Positions 30,498-39,995 of a stretch of DNA of 64,000 nucleotides are shown here, piece by piece; positions within the stretch are counted from its first letter, which is position 1, and each line of letters starts with the position of its first letter. Under the pieces are notes generated by a model. That model saw only the letters and a list, made by a program, of their open reading frames with translations, did not search any database and was not told where the DNA came from. The stretch covers positions 28,748 through 92,747 of the forward strand of contig CAVYRJ010000005.1 of assembly GCA_963770935.1 (NCBI GenBank). Direction: 5' to 3'. Source of the DNA: Candidatus Bathyarchaeota archaeon (GTDB lineage: Archaea > Thermoproteota > Bathyarchaeia > Bathyarchaeales > Bathycorpusculaceae). The position numbers and the translations under genes were made by a program.

Positions 30498-32222
30498 CTA
30501 TTTTTGGGGAGCTTTTGATCTAATCTGCGCGAGCATCTCGTCAAGTTTGACTTCGTCTGCGTCAATTTTGTGGAATAGCGGGGTAGGTTTGTCGATTTTG
30601 TGTCCCGCCTCAATAGGTTTTAATGCATCGTTCCAAGTGCTTTTGTCTACGCTTTCGGGAAGGTTGAGTGTTTGCCAAAGCTGTTGTGCTGTCTGGGGCA
30701 TGAAGGGCTCAGAAACCAAGGCGACTGACTTAACAATTTGCGCTGCCACATAAAAGGTGGTTCCTGCTTTCTCCTTGTTAGTCTTCATCAGGTTCCACGG
30801 TTCCTTAGTGTTTAAATACTGATTGCCTATGCGGCTTATGCCGATGAGTGTGTTAGCAGCGGATTGCAGCCATGAATCTTCAATTTCCTTAGCAGCCTGA
30901 TTTACTTTCTCCTTTACCAACTGCAGTACCGCTTCGTCGTCTTTGTCAAGTTTGGTTGGCGCTGGGATTTGCCCTTCAAACTTGCTGTTTATGAAGGATA
31001 GGGTTCTGTGGATGAAGTTGCCAAAAGTATCGTTTAGGTCTGCGTTAATTTTTTCGATGAACGCTGTCCATGTGAAGTTGGTATCTTTGCTCTCGGGGCG
31101 TGTAGCTATGAGGAAAAAGCGCCAGTAATCCACTGGGAACATCTCTAAGGCTTCATCTATCCAAATGCCCACCCGCTGGCTTTTAGAGGCTTTCTGACCC
31201 TTGAACTGAAGGAATTCAGTGGCGGAAACGTTCCACGGCAGGTTATAACCTTGACCAGAAGCCAACAGCAACGCAGGCAAAATAATTGTGTGGAAAGGAA
31301 TGTTGTCTTTGCCCACGAAATAGAGTGTTTTGGCTTGTTTGTCAAACCAGAACTCCCGCCATTTCTCAGGCTGACCCAAACGCTGACACTGCTCGATAGA
31401 AGCGGAAACATAGCCAAGCACGGCGTCTACCCAAACGTAGATAGTTTTGCCCTCAGCTCCTTCGAATGGCGCTGGGATACCCCATTCAACGTCGCGGGTG
31501 ACCGCTCGGGGTTTTAAGCCTTCTTTTATCCAGTTTAAACTAAAGTTTTTAACGTTAGTTGGAAGTTGCGGGTTATCTTTTATGAATTGGGTTAGGGGTT
31601 CGGAGAGTTTTGAAAGGTCGATGTACCAGTGCCGCGTGGTTTTCACCGTGGGCTTGCCCTTGCAAATAACGCAGTACGGATCCACCAAAGCTGTGGGTTC
31701 CAGAAGCTTGCCGCAGATGTCGCATTGGTCTCCACGGGCTTTCTCGCAGCCACAATATGGACACTTACCTTCCACGAAGCGATCAGGCAAGAACCGTTGG
31801 TCGTGTTCGCAGTAGAGCATCTGAGTGTCTTGAGCAAATATATAGCCGTTTTTTTGGATTTCTAGCAAAGTTTTTTGGACGAATTGTTTGTGGATTGGGC
31901 TTTCTGTGGTGGTGTAGTTGTCAAAAGAGGCTTCCCATCGGTGGAAGAGCTCTGAAACTTTGGCGTGGTTACGGTCGGTTAAAGCTTTAGGCGTTATGCC
32001 TTGCTTTATGGCTTCCACTTCGATGGGTGTGCCATGCGTGTCGGAACCGCTCACCATCAATACGTCGCTGCCCTTCAGCCTATAGTAGCGGGCTGTAACG
32101 TCGGCAGATAGGACTGAACCGACGAGGTTGCCGAGGTGAGGTGTGACGTTGATGTATGGCCAAGCGGATGTAACTAAAACTTTTTCAGGCAAAGGTATCC
32201 TCAACAAATCGTTTGGTGCCAA
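30498..32222 (-). CDS. metG: Methionyl-tRNA synthetase (lacks the C-terminal Trbp111-like domain)
   Basis: SAWPYINVTPHLGN, GSDTHG, two zinc knuckles, YVWVDA, GKDNIPFH, KASKS. Confidence 0.95.
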   Translation of the reverse strand: MAPNDLLRIPLPEKVLVTSAWPYINVTPHLGNLVGSVLSADVTARYYRLKGSDVLMVSGSDTHGTPIEVEAIKQGITPKALTDRNHAKVSELFHRWEASFDNYTTTESPIHKQFVQKTLLEIQKNGYIFAQDTQMLYCEHDQRFLPDRFVEGKCPYCGCEKARGDQCDICGKLLEPTALVDPYCVICKGKPTVKTTRHWYIDLSKLSEPLTQFIKDNPQLPTNVKNFSLNWIKEGLKPRAVTRDVEWGIPAPFEGAEGKTIYVWVDAVLGYVSASIEQCQRLGQPEKWREFWFDKQAKTLYFVGKDNIPFHTIILPALLLASGQGYNLPWNVSATEFLQFKGQKASKSQRVGIWIDEALEMFPVDYWRFFLIATRPESKDTNFTWTAFIEKINADLNDTFGNFIHRTLSFINSKFEGQIPAPTKLDKDDEAVLQLVKEKVNQAAKEIEDSWLQSAANTLIGISRIGNQYLNTKEPWNLMKTNKEKAGTTFYVAAQIVKSVALVSEPFMPQTAQQLWQTLNLPESVDKSTWNDALKPIEAGHKIDKPTPLFHKIDADEVKLDEMLAQIRSKAPQK

Positions 32223-32311
32223 CCTTATTAAAATTCCTATAAGCCTGTTGGAGTTTATTTTTGGTAAGGCTTAAATTTTAAAAAGCATACCTCGTAGCTT
32301 GAGGTTTCACT

Positions 32312-33376
32312 ATGCCTTATTGCCAAAGATGCGGAACTATACTTGACGAAGACCAACATTTCTGCCAAAAATGCGGAACACCAGTCGTCACTTATTTTCC
32401 CCCACCCCCTCCAGCTCCCATGAAGCCAATTAGAAATGACCCCGTAATAATAGCAGCAATTGTGTTAAGTGTTATTTTAGTGGTTGGCGTGGTTGCTGTT
32501 GCCTTGCTTGCGACGCCCTTCTCAACGGTGAACTTTAACCAAAGCTACCCAGACAACTCAGCTAACATTAGCAAGTTAAACCTCAATGTGCAAATTGATG
32601 GGGCTAAAGTGAACGTTTTCACCCAAAGCGTAAACAACAGTAATTTTATAATTACACTTGAGGGTTCAGGTTCAAAAGGCACCTTTGGCGGCGGCAGCGA
32701 CAGCCCCATTCAAGTCGCTTTTAACAATGACACAGCAAATGGCGTGTTAACTGTGACAGCAAAGATTACAGAGTCCACAGCTTTTTCAAGACTCAACGTT
32801 GACTGCAACATCTACATTAACCCAGCCTTAACATTAAACCTCAACATTACCTCACAAGCGGGGCAAATCAGCTTAAACGCTGATAAACCCACAACTTTTG
32901 AATCCCTCAACCTACAAACAAATGCAGGCGCAGTTCAAGCGAACCTGCAGAAAGTAACTATCGCAGGAAACGTGACTGTCAGAACTCAAGCTGGAACCGT
33001 AGACTTTCAGACAAACCAAATTATCATTAAAGGAAACAACACCGTCGACCTACATTCAAACGCTGGCTCCGTAAACATGGATATAACCCAAACTAAGAGT
33101 CTTCCAGGGAACCTTCAGATAAACGCCGTCACTGAATTGGGCTCAGTAAACGTTGGCTTAGTAATTGACGGTGATGTTGGAGCAAAAATTATTTCACAAA
33201 CCAACTTGGGAAGCATAAACCTGGATGTGCAGCACTTTTCAGGCAACCAATCCCCAATCCAATCTGACAATTACCCAGCCGTAAGCAACATCGAAATTAA
33301 CAGCCGAACAAATTTGGGCAGCATAAACATAAACGCCGATTACCAATCCATAGTTACACCCAGCGTCAGAAACTGA
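32312..33376 (+). CDS. Zinc-ribbon membrane protein with DUF4097-like extracellular beta-repeat domain
   Basis: YCQRCG..FCQKCG, poly-Pro, TM, then repeated (A/L)G(S/T/Q)(V/I) strands. Confidence 0.78.
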   Translation: MPYCQRCGTILDEDQHFCQKCGTPVVTYFPPPPPAPMKPIRNDPVIIAAIVLSVILVVGVVAVALLATPFSTVNFNQSYPDNSANISKLNLNVQIDGAKVNVFTQSVNNSNFIITLEGSGSKGTFGGGSDSPIQVAFNNDTANGVLTVTAKITESTAFSRLNVDCNIYINPALTLNLNITSQAGQISLNADKPTTFESLNLQTNAGAVQANLQKVTIAGNVTVRTQAGTVDFQTNQIIIKGNNTVDLHSNAGSVNMDITQTKSLPGNLQINAVTELGSVNVGLVIDGDVGAKIISQTNLGSINLDVQHFSGNQSPIQSDNYPAVSNIEINSRTNLGSININADYQSIVTPSVRN

Positions 33377-33433
33377 CTACAAGAGCCCTAAACGTTTAAA
33401 ACTATCTTTAAACTTTTAGACAGTTAAGAAAAG

Positions 33434-33682
33434 GTGAATTTTTTGGCAGAACAAAAAAAGATAACACTCCAACAACTACAAGAAAACAATGGGAAAAACG
33501 GTAAACCAGCCTACGTAGCATACCAAGGCAAAGTATACGAGGTTACTGATAGTAGTTTCTGGATGGAAGGCGACCACATGGGCATGCATGATGCTGGCAA
33601 AGATTTAACTGAAGAACTTGAGATGGCTCCACACAGAGAGGAGACATTCGCAAGAGTAAAGCTTGTAGGCGAATTAGTCTAA
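33434..33682 (+). CDS. Cytochrome b5-like heme/steroid-binding domain protein
   Basis: NGKNGKPAYVAYQGKVYEV, W..GDHMGMHDAGKDLT, APH. Confidence 0.9.
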   Translation: MNFLAEQKKITLQQLQENNGKNGKPAYVAYQGKVYEVTDSSFWMEGDHMGMHDAGKDLTEELEMAPHREETFARVKLVGELV

Positions 33683-34914
33683 AATATGCATTGTAGCACG
33701 CTGTCAATTCTGCGTAAACCATTCAACACGTTTTTTATTTCTTTTGAGTTCAACGACTGTTTCATTTCATAAAGTTCAACGGTCGTTTTGTATAAACTAT
33801 CAAAGGCAGATTTGACGTCCAAATCGTTGTTCATGTGGTTTTCAAAATCAGAAACGATATTGCTAGTTAGGGTATCCTGTTTCTCAGTTTTGATAGTAGG
33901 CTTTGTTTCTTCCAAACCTGAAATCATGCATCTAAGAGAATTCAATTTCTCACTTGCTTGAGCCAACTTTTCAAACGTGAAGTTCATTTTTTTCCGGTAA
34001 GGTCCATAGATGAGAAAGAACCTGAGCTGCCCTCCGCTAACCCCCTTAGCTAAGAGGTTGCAGGGGTAGTACACATTGCCTTTGCTTTTAGACATTTTTT
34101 TGCCCTCCACTAACAGATGGTCGCCGTGTAGCCAGTATCTTGAGAACTGTTTGCCTGAAACCGCTTCCGCTACTGCAAGCGTGTAGTCGTGGTGCCTAAC
34201 CAAGTTGTCGATTCCGCCGCAGCCAAGGTCAACAGTGAAACCGAAGTGTGTGGTTACGATGGCTGCGTCTTGAATGTTCCATGCAGGTCGTCCGCTGCCA
34301 ATTGACGTTTGGTAACAGACGTCATCTTGTTTGCAGCCATGCCAAAGAACAAAATCGCCTAGGTTCCATGGTGTGCCTGGATAGGTGTCTTTATGGAAGC
34401 GGCGTTTCTTCTTTGGCCATTTGCGCATGTCCAGATGGGCAAGTTTACCGAAGTCTTTGAATTTTAATGGCGCAAAATAAACGTTTTTTGCGCCATTGTA
34501 AATGTACCAGTAAGCGGTACCTTTTTCGACTAGTTGGGCAATGAGTTTTGTGGCTTGGTCAATTGCTGTTGAAGCTCTAACTGCCAAATCGGGCTTTTTA
34601 ATTTTTAAAATTTCAAAATCCTTAAAGAAAACTGCTTCGTTTTTTTGCGTTAATTCTTCGACTGTTATGTTATCTTTTTTTGTCTGTGCAATTGCCTTGT
34701 CTTCTATGTCTGTCAGCGTCATCAGCCGCTTAACGTTGTAGCCTAAAAACTCGAGGTAGCGTTGGAGTATATCTTCAAAGAGGAAGGTTCGGTAGTTTCC
34801 AATGTGAGCTCGCTGGTAGGTTGATGGACCACAGGTGTACATTTTGACTTCTTTACCCTCTAATGGTTTGAAGGGCTCTATTTTCCTGTTTAACGAATTG
34901 TACAGTTTTAGCAT
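33679..34914 (-). CDS. Cysteinyl-tRNA synthetase paralog (atypical, truncated)
   Basis: YTCGPS..HIGN, DFVLW, GRPAW, HH and KMSKSKGN are present. Zinc-site residues are altered and the anticodon domain is absent. Confidence 0.82.
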   Translation of the reverse strand: MLKLYNSLNRKIEPFKPLEGKEVKMYTCGPSTYQRAHIGNYRTFLFEDILQRYLEFLGYNVKRLMTLTDIEDKAIAQTKKDNITVEELTQKNEAVFFKDFEILKIKKPDLAVRASTAIDQATKLIAQLVEKGTAYWYIYNGAKNVYFAPLKFKDFGKLAHLDMRKWPKKKRRFHKDTYPGTPWNLGDFVLWHGCKQDDVCYQTSIGSGRPAWNIQDAAIVTTHFGFTVDLGCGGIDNLVRHHDYTLAVAEAVSGKQFSRYWLHGDHLLVEGKKMSKSKGNVYYPCNLLAKGVSGGQLRFFLIYGPYRKKMNFTFEKLAQASEKLNSLRCMISGLEETKPTIKTEKQDTLTSNIVSDFENHMNNDLDVKSAFDSLYKTTVELYEMKQSLNSKEIKNVLNGLRRIDSVLQCIF

Positions 34915-34926
34915 AGTTCTTTCCCG

Positions 34927-35403
34927 TTAAGCTATGGCTTTTTCTTCTTTCTCTATTTCCATGAGGGTTTTTTTAGCTTCTTCCACATGCCGCTGAGCTT
35001 GAGTTTGAGAAACGAATATGTGCCGAACGATTCCCTTCTTGTCGATTATGTAGGTTACTCTGCCGGGAATTATGCCCATGGTTGAAGGCACCCCGTATAG
35101 TTCCCTTACTTTATTGTTTATGTCGGCAAGAAGAATAAATGGTAACCCATAGTGGGTAGCGAAAGACTTATGGGATTCAACACTCTGCCCGCTTATTCCA
35201 AGCACTTCAGCACCCAGACTCGTTAGCTGTTCATAGTTATCTCTGAAGGTGCATGCTTCTTTGGTGCAACCTGCAGTTTCGTCTTTCGGGTAAAAGTACA
35301 ATACTACATTTTTCTTGCCTAAAAACTCTGATAGCGTTACGTTGTCGCCCATTTGCGATGGAAGAGTGAAATCTGGGGATTTGTCGCCAACTTTAACTGC
35401 CAA
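34927..35403 (-). CDS. bcp: Peroxiredoxin, BCP/PrxQ family
   Basis: LYFYPKDETAGCTKEACTFRD, GRVTYIID. Confidence 0.93.
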   Translation of the reverse strand: MAVKVGDKSPDFTLPSQMGDNVTLSEFLGKKNVVLYFYPKDETAGCTKEACTFRDNYEQLTSLGAEVLGISGQSVESHKSFATHYGLPFILLADINNKVRELYGVPSTMGIIPGRVTYIIDKKGIVRHIFVSQTQAQRHVEEAKKTLMEIEKEEKAIA

Positions 35404-35440
35404 AAGCTCACCTTACAAATAGTGTTTTTTAAGGGCTATT

Positions 35441-36103
35441 ATGGTTTTCGCAGTCAAATTAAATGTTATAAGAGGCTTTGCATATAGGAAACGTGGCGAT
35501 TGTTTGGAAAAAACTTTGATTGCTGGCAGTCACAAATGTCATTCTTTATACTACGTAGCCTCTGGTGTTCCAATAGTTTTTCTGCATGGTTTTTCCTACA
35601 CAGGCGACATTTGGCAACGTATAGGCATAACAGAAGTCTTGATCGAGAAACACATTCCCTTTTTAGCTTTAGACATGCCGTATGGGATGAAAAGTCAATG
35701 TCAACCGAAAACTCGCAGCCCAACACAAAACATAGCAGTTGTAAATGAAGCAGTTAATGCAATTTTTGGCTCTGCCGTACCTGTACTAGTCGGCGCCAGT
35801 ATAGGCGGAAACATAGCGGTCAGATATGCAACGATGTTTCCAGTGAAGGGTTTATTATTGATTGCACCAGGAAAGGCGCTTGACCCAGACTTAGTGCAAT
35901 CTTATGCCAAATTTAAATTTCCAACAACTATTATTTGGGGTTCGCGAGATAACATTGTTGCCAGCGAAAACATGCGTACTTTAGCCGATAAACTGCCCCA
36001 TTCTAAACTCGTCGTTTACGATGAAGCAAGCCACTCTGCTTACAAGGACCAGCCTGACCGCTTTAAACATGATTTGCTAGAGCTCTATGCAAACGCGGAA
36101 TAA
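35441..36103 (+). CDS. Alpha/beta hydrolase (start probably near 35503)
   Basis: FLHGFS, LDMPYG, VGASIGG, IWGSRD, ASHSAY. Confidence 0.85.
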   Translation: MVFAVKLNVIRGFAYRKRGDCLEKTLIAGSHKCHSLYYVASGVPIVFLHGFSYTGDIWQRIGITEVLIEKHIPFLALDMPYGMKSQCQPKTRSPTQNIAVVNEAVNAIFGSAVPVLVGASIGGNIAVRYATMFPVKGLLLIAPGKALDPDLVQSYAKFKFPTTIIWGSRDNIVASENMRTLADKLPHSKLVVYDEASHSAYKDQPDRFKHDLLELYANAE

Positions 36104-36109
36104 TCAAAT

Positions 36110-36664
36110 TTATGGTTTTGCGGTAACAACATAATGATATGGTCCAACATCCTCAATGTCTATCACAGTAAATCTTGTAGATTGTATCAAGCAAGCCGCT
36201 TTTTCCTCGCTAAACCTAATGGCAACAGGAGGACCAAAAGGCATCTGCTGCTTTTTCCAATCCAGATCAATTAATCGCCCTTTTGGTTTTATCATTTGCT
36301 TTGCATTCTGAAGGACTTTTGCCGGGTCATTGAAATCATGGAGGTCCATGCTAAAGAAGACAAAATCGGCGCATCCCATGCAAAAAACTGTGTCTTCAGC
36401 TTTGCCTACTTCGGTGTTTATGTTTAGTAGACCTTCCGATTTAGCCTTTTGTTTGAGCCGTTCAATAGCTGTACCATCAATATCCACGGCGTAAACTTTT
36501 CCGTTTGCACCTACTTTTTTTGCAGCTAAAATGCTAAAGAAACCCTCGCCGCAGCCAACATCTACAAACACCATGTCAGCTTGAAGATCTTGCAAGATGA
36601 CTTCAGGGTTGTACCATGATCGTCTTGTTGCATCGTCGAGGCTAAATCCGCCGTGGCATACCAT
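36110..36664 (-). CDS. Class I SAM-dependent methyltransferase
   Basis: FVDVGCGEGFFS, VYAVDI, DLDWKK, GPP. Confidence 0.9.
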   Translation of the reverse strand: MVCHGGFSLDDATRRSWYNPEVILQDLQADMVFVDVGCGEGFFSILAAKKVGANGKVYAVDIDGTAIERLKQKAKSEGLLNINTEVGKAEDTVFCMGCADFVFFSMDLHDFNDPAKVLQNAKQMIKPKGRLIDLDWKKQQMPFGPPVAIRFSEEKAACLIQSTRFTVIDIEDVGPYHYVVTAKP

Positions 36665-36666
36665 GA

Positions 36667-36978
36667 CTAAAAACCTGCGGGCTCTGGCTTTAGGAGTTCT
36701 CGAATTTGCTTTTCATGTGTCTGGCGAGTGGTTAAGGGATAGATTTCACGTTCAGAATCAAAAAACATGGGGTCTTGCCCAATTATTTTGGAGAGTTTCT
36801 CGTCTGATTCAACGTTGACTATAAGCATGCTGCCTTGCTTCCCGATTAGGTGATAGGTGACTTCGAGGGTGTTTTCTTTTTCCAATTTTTCAAAATATTT
36901 AAATTGTAGGGGAAGCAGTTTTGCCCATTTTTCCATGGGAACATCACGTTTAATTTTTTGCATGATTAAAAACTTCAT
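36667..36978 (-). CDS. Muconolactone isomerase-like / dimeric alpha-beta barrel protein
   Basis: MKFLIMQK...YHLIGKQGSMLIVNVESDEKLSKII..DPMF..EIYPL. Start placed at ATG 36978. Confidence 0.6.
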   Translation of the reverse strand: MKFLIMQKIKRDVPMEKWAKLLPLQFKYFEKLEKENTLEVTYHLIGKQGSMLIVNVESDEKLSKIIGQDPMFFDSEREIYPLTTRQTHEKQIRELLKPEPAGF

Positions 36979-37526
36979 GTTATCACTACTAAAAAAATGG
37001 TGATTTAGGTATAAAATCTTTCTTGAAAAAACTATCCTGCGAACCAACGACCTTTATGATTGATTTTTATCATCTATTTTAGAGGTGTGGACGATTCATT
37101 TTTTATAGTTTTTCAGCTAATACTTCAGTGCGTTAAACTGGTCTTGAACTATGATTACGTTTTCTGAAGTATTTCTTTAGCTGATTATTCAACCGTTGAC
37201 ATGGAACCTGAGTCATTTCTAGCAGTAATCACCCCAGCATAAGTATTTCAGCTCTGAGAGAGGTCTTCTGCCATCCACAACCTACCACAACCAGCCACAA
37301 CCAACATGAAAAAACAGCTCCCACAACCACAACTAGAAAGAAAAAAAGACAAATAAAAACTGCAACCTAAAACAAAGGATAGAATTTTTACAAGCGAAAA
37401 TATTTTTCTATCAGACAAAAATAATGCACACCTCTCATCTATTTAGTTAGGAGAGAAATATCGATTTTGGAATAAATTTTTATACATTCATGCATGGTAA
37501 GTTGATACTGTTAGATAGGTGAGACG

Positions 37527-37775
37527 TTGTCTGCTCGTATTTCCAAGAAAGAAATTGATGGCAAATCTGGGCTGTCTGCAATTAAATGTCTTTGTGGAGC
37601 AGTTATTTTGCTTGTGCCAAACGTTAAGGCTATGAGCGAAGCCATTGAATCACACGTTTCAAAGCACTCTCAAAAAGTTAAAGACCCAAAAGAAGCTCAG
37701 ACAGAAGCCGAAAGCGTACGTGACGACTTAATTACGAAAATACTAGAGAAAGCAAGCAAATCAAAATTGAAATAA
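37527..37775 (+). CDS. Small hypothetical protein with CxC...HxxxH putative zinc site
   Basis: IKCLCG..ILLVP..AIESHVSKH. Upstream AGGTGA SD. Confidence 0.7.
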   Translation: MSARISKKEIDGKSGLSAIKCLCGAVILLVPNVKAMSEAIESHVSKHSQKVKDPKEAQTEAESVRDDLITKILEKASKSKLK

Positions 37776-37813
37776 CTAAAAAATAAGAAAAAAAGAAACT
37801 TTAGGTTGAAGCT

Positions 37814-37966
37814 TTACTGTTTGTTTTCTGTGCTTCTCCTCATCATCTCAGGAATTTTTGTGGATGCCTTAGACATTGCGTCTTTAACAACACCCATCAA
37901 TTCTTCGTTAACTTCAAGTTCAACGGTTACTTTCAGCTTACCTTTCTTCTCTGGCATTTCAGTCAT
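37814..37966 (-). CDS. 50-aa small protein (missed by the ORF track)
   Basis: MTEMPEKKGKLKVTVELEVNEELMGVVKDAMSKASTKIPEMMRRSTENKQ, with a strong AGGAGGTGG SD. Overlaps the end of the upstream ORF. Confidence 0.7.
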   Translation of the reverse strand: MTEMPEKKGKLKVTVELEVNEELMGVVKDAMSKASTKIPEMMRRSTENKQ

Positions 37967-38261
37967 GGAACCACCTCCTGAACCTGCTTAACTGTTTAGG
38001 AAACAAGTTACCCAAAAGATGAATTGCTTGCTTACCTGTCAAATCCAAATTAATTTCGATTCGATAGTGGTATTTCCCCAGGCGTTTTGTGTGGGTTTTA
38101 TAATTGCTTATGGCACCTGCTATCTTGAAACGGCGTAATTGCTGGTTCATCAGAGCAGTGATGGCTGTTGGCGCTAAGGGTTCAAAGACAAAGGCAACTC
38201 TCATTAGAACGCGAACTGCGCTGCTGATCAGAGATTCAGAGACTGATTCTTGATTTGTCAA
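37959..38261 (-). CDS. Hypothetical protein
   Basis: 100-aa ORF, TKRLGKYHYRIEINLDLT. Confidence 0.65.
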   Translation of the reverse strand: MTNQESVSESLISSAVRVLMRVAFVFEPLAPTAITALMNQQLRRFKIAGAISNYKTHTKRLGKYHYRIEINLDLTGKQAIHLLGNLFPKQLSRFRRWFHD

Positions 38262-38366
38262 TTTTTTCCCCAGATATATTTAGCCTAAAAACTACCGAAT
38301 ATGTTCCTGTTTTTGACACGCAAGAACTTGATTCACTAGTAGTTAGGAGGCATTTTTTAAGGTTGC

Positions 38367-38906
38367 GTGACTGTTAGTAGCCAACAACAGGTGCCTTATG
38401 TGTCGTTGGAAGAAATTAACGTGCAAGTTTATAGCTGCAAAAAATGTAGGCTCTGGCAGGGTGCGAAACATGGTGTGCCGGGTGAAGGACCACTTAATGC
38501 GAAAGTCATGCTGGTGGGGCAGAATCCTGGAGCTGACGAAGACGAATTGGGTAGGCCATTTGTTGGTAGGGCTGGAAAATACCTGACAAAAACACTCTTA
38601 GAATTCGGTATAAACCGTGAAGAGGTTTTCATAACTAACATAGTCAAACACGTTTCACCAGAAAACCGTAAGCCATTCGATGATGAAGTTAGGGCATGCT
38701 TACCTTACTTAATCACCCAGATCAGAATTATCAAACCCAAAATAATCGTTCTCTTGGGCGCATCTGCAAAGGAAACGCCTAGATTGGAAGGCATAGAATA
38801 CATCCAAATTATTCATCCGTCAGCAGCTATGCGTTTCACGAAAATGCGCGAAAAATTCCGGCAGCAAATTGCTGAATTACCAAAAAGAATAGAAGCAATA
38901 ACTTAA
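38367..38906 (+). CDS. Uracil-DNA glycosylase, family 4-like
   Basis: CKKCRL, VPGEG, GQNPG..ED..GRPFVGRAG, TNIVK, HPSAA. Confidence 0.9.
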   Translation: MTVSSQQQVPYVSLEEINVQVYSCKKCRLWQGAKHGVPGEGPLNAKVMLVGQNPGADEDELGRPFVGRAGKYLTKTLLEFGINREEVFITNIVKHVSPENRKPFDDEVRACLPYLITQIRIIKPKIIVLLGASAKETPRLEGIEYIQIIHPSAAMRFTKMREKFRQQIAELPKRIEAIT

Positions 38907-38908
38907 GT

Positions 38909-39517
38909 TCAAGTCATGGGTTGCCTTATAATGGTTTTCAGTTTTTCCGAAGCAGTCGTAGCTGGATTGTTTAGGTAGATTTCGTGGTGTTTGCCGCTTA
39001 GTGTGTGTCCACTATTTTGGATGTATGCATGTATTTTAGTTATGGTCGGTCCCTCAGCCGAAAACGGTCCAACATACATTATTTGTGCGGCTGGTCCCTC
39101 CTTGAACCTTTCAAACCGAACTTTAGGCAGCGCGGTCGGATTTTTCTTCTTTTTCACTTGTTCAACCGCAACTTTAACTCCATCTGATGAAACATATTCG
39201 GGCTGCATTATCATGGCCGTCCATTTCCATTCCTCTTTACGGTCTGGGCTGAACTTAGTCATGTCGTCAACCCACCATAAACCTTCAAGCGGCATAACAG
39301 CATAATCTATGCCTTTGTTTTTCTTAATTGTAAATTTGAGCGTATAAGCGACGCTAAATAATGCCTCTATAGCTTCACTATACTGTGGTGATGTAGGAGC
39401 GCCTTCGCCGTTAATTAATAGGAAGTTCATAGCTGGGACGTCAACAACATTAACTTCTCTCGCTGACGGATTGTATAGGTTTTTTAACTCTTTTTTAAAG
39501 TCAATTTTATCCAACAA
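38909..39517 (-). CDS. GyrI-like small-molecule-binding domain protein
   Basis: IDFKKELKNLY, VMPLEGLWW, HHEIYL..P...LKTIIRQP. Confidence 0.9.
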   Translation of the reverse strand: MLDKIDFKKELKNLYNPSAREVNVVDVPAMNFLLINGEGAPTSPQYSEAIEALFSVAYTLKFTIKKNKGIDYAVMPLEGLWWVDDMTKFSPDRKEEWKWTAMIMQPEYVSSDGVKVAVEQVKKKKNPTALPKVRFERFKEGPAAQIMYVGPFSAEGPTITKIHAYIQNSGHTLSGKHHEIYLNNPATTASEKLKTIIRQPMT

Positions 39518-39649
39518 ACTCGCCTATTCTAATATTTGGCGAACTAAAAATAAAACTAGTGCACTGCCAACTAGCAATTGCCTATCAACTTAACAACCAG
39601 AAATGTCATCGTTAAAACTATAAATGAAAGCAGCCGCAATTGTTTTTAG

Positions 39650-39970
39650 GTGAATTTTGTGGTTTTAGCAAGAATGTCTTTTTGGAATTTCAAAATGGGA
39701 AAAAGAGAAGGTGCTTTTGCAGAACTTGATAGAATTCTAAACACTTTATCTCAGGACGCAGAAGGGTTCCGCGGCTATATGTCGTTACTTTCTTATATGG
39801 ATCCAAATGCATTAACCGTCTTGACTCTTTGGCAAGATGAAGAATCAATGATAAAGTCTGAGAAAGGCGTTTTTGCCCAAGCCGTAAAAAAAGTCCAAGA
39901 CTCCCTTGAAAGAACTCCACGAATCGAAAATTACAGAGTATATTCAACACAGCTATTTCAGCGCCCATAA
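39650..39970 (+). CDS. ABM (antibiotic biosynthesis monooxygenase)-like protein
   Basis: EGFRG..L...LTLWQDEE pattern. Confidence 0.65.
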   Translation: MNFVVLARMSFWNFKMGKREGAFAELDRILNTLSQDAEGFRGYMSLLSYMDPNALTVLTLWQDEESMIKSEKGVFAQAVKKVQDSLERTPRIENYRVYSTQLFQRP

Positions 39971-39995
39971 TAAAACAGCCCGATAGGCGACATTT

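Noticed and set aside
37151-37257. Box C/D sRNA
   Set aside because: CTGA motifs are present, but there is no good RUGAUGA box with canonical guide spacing.
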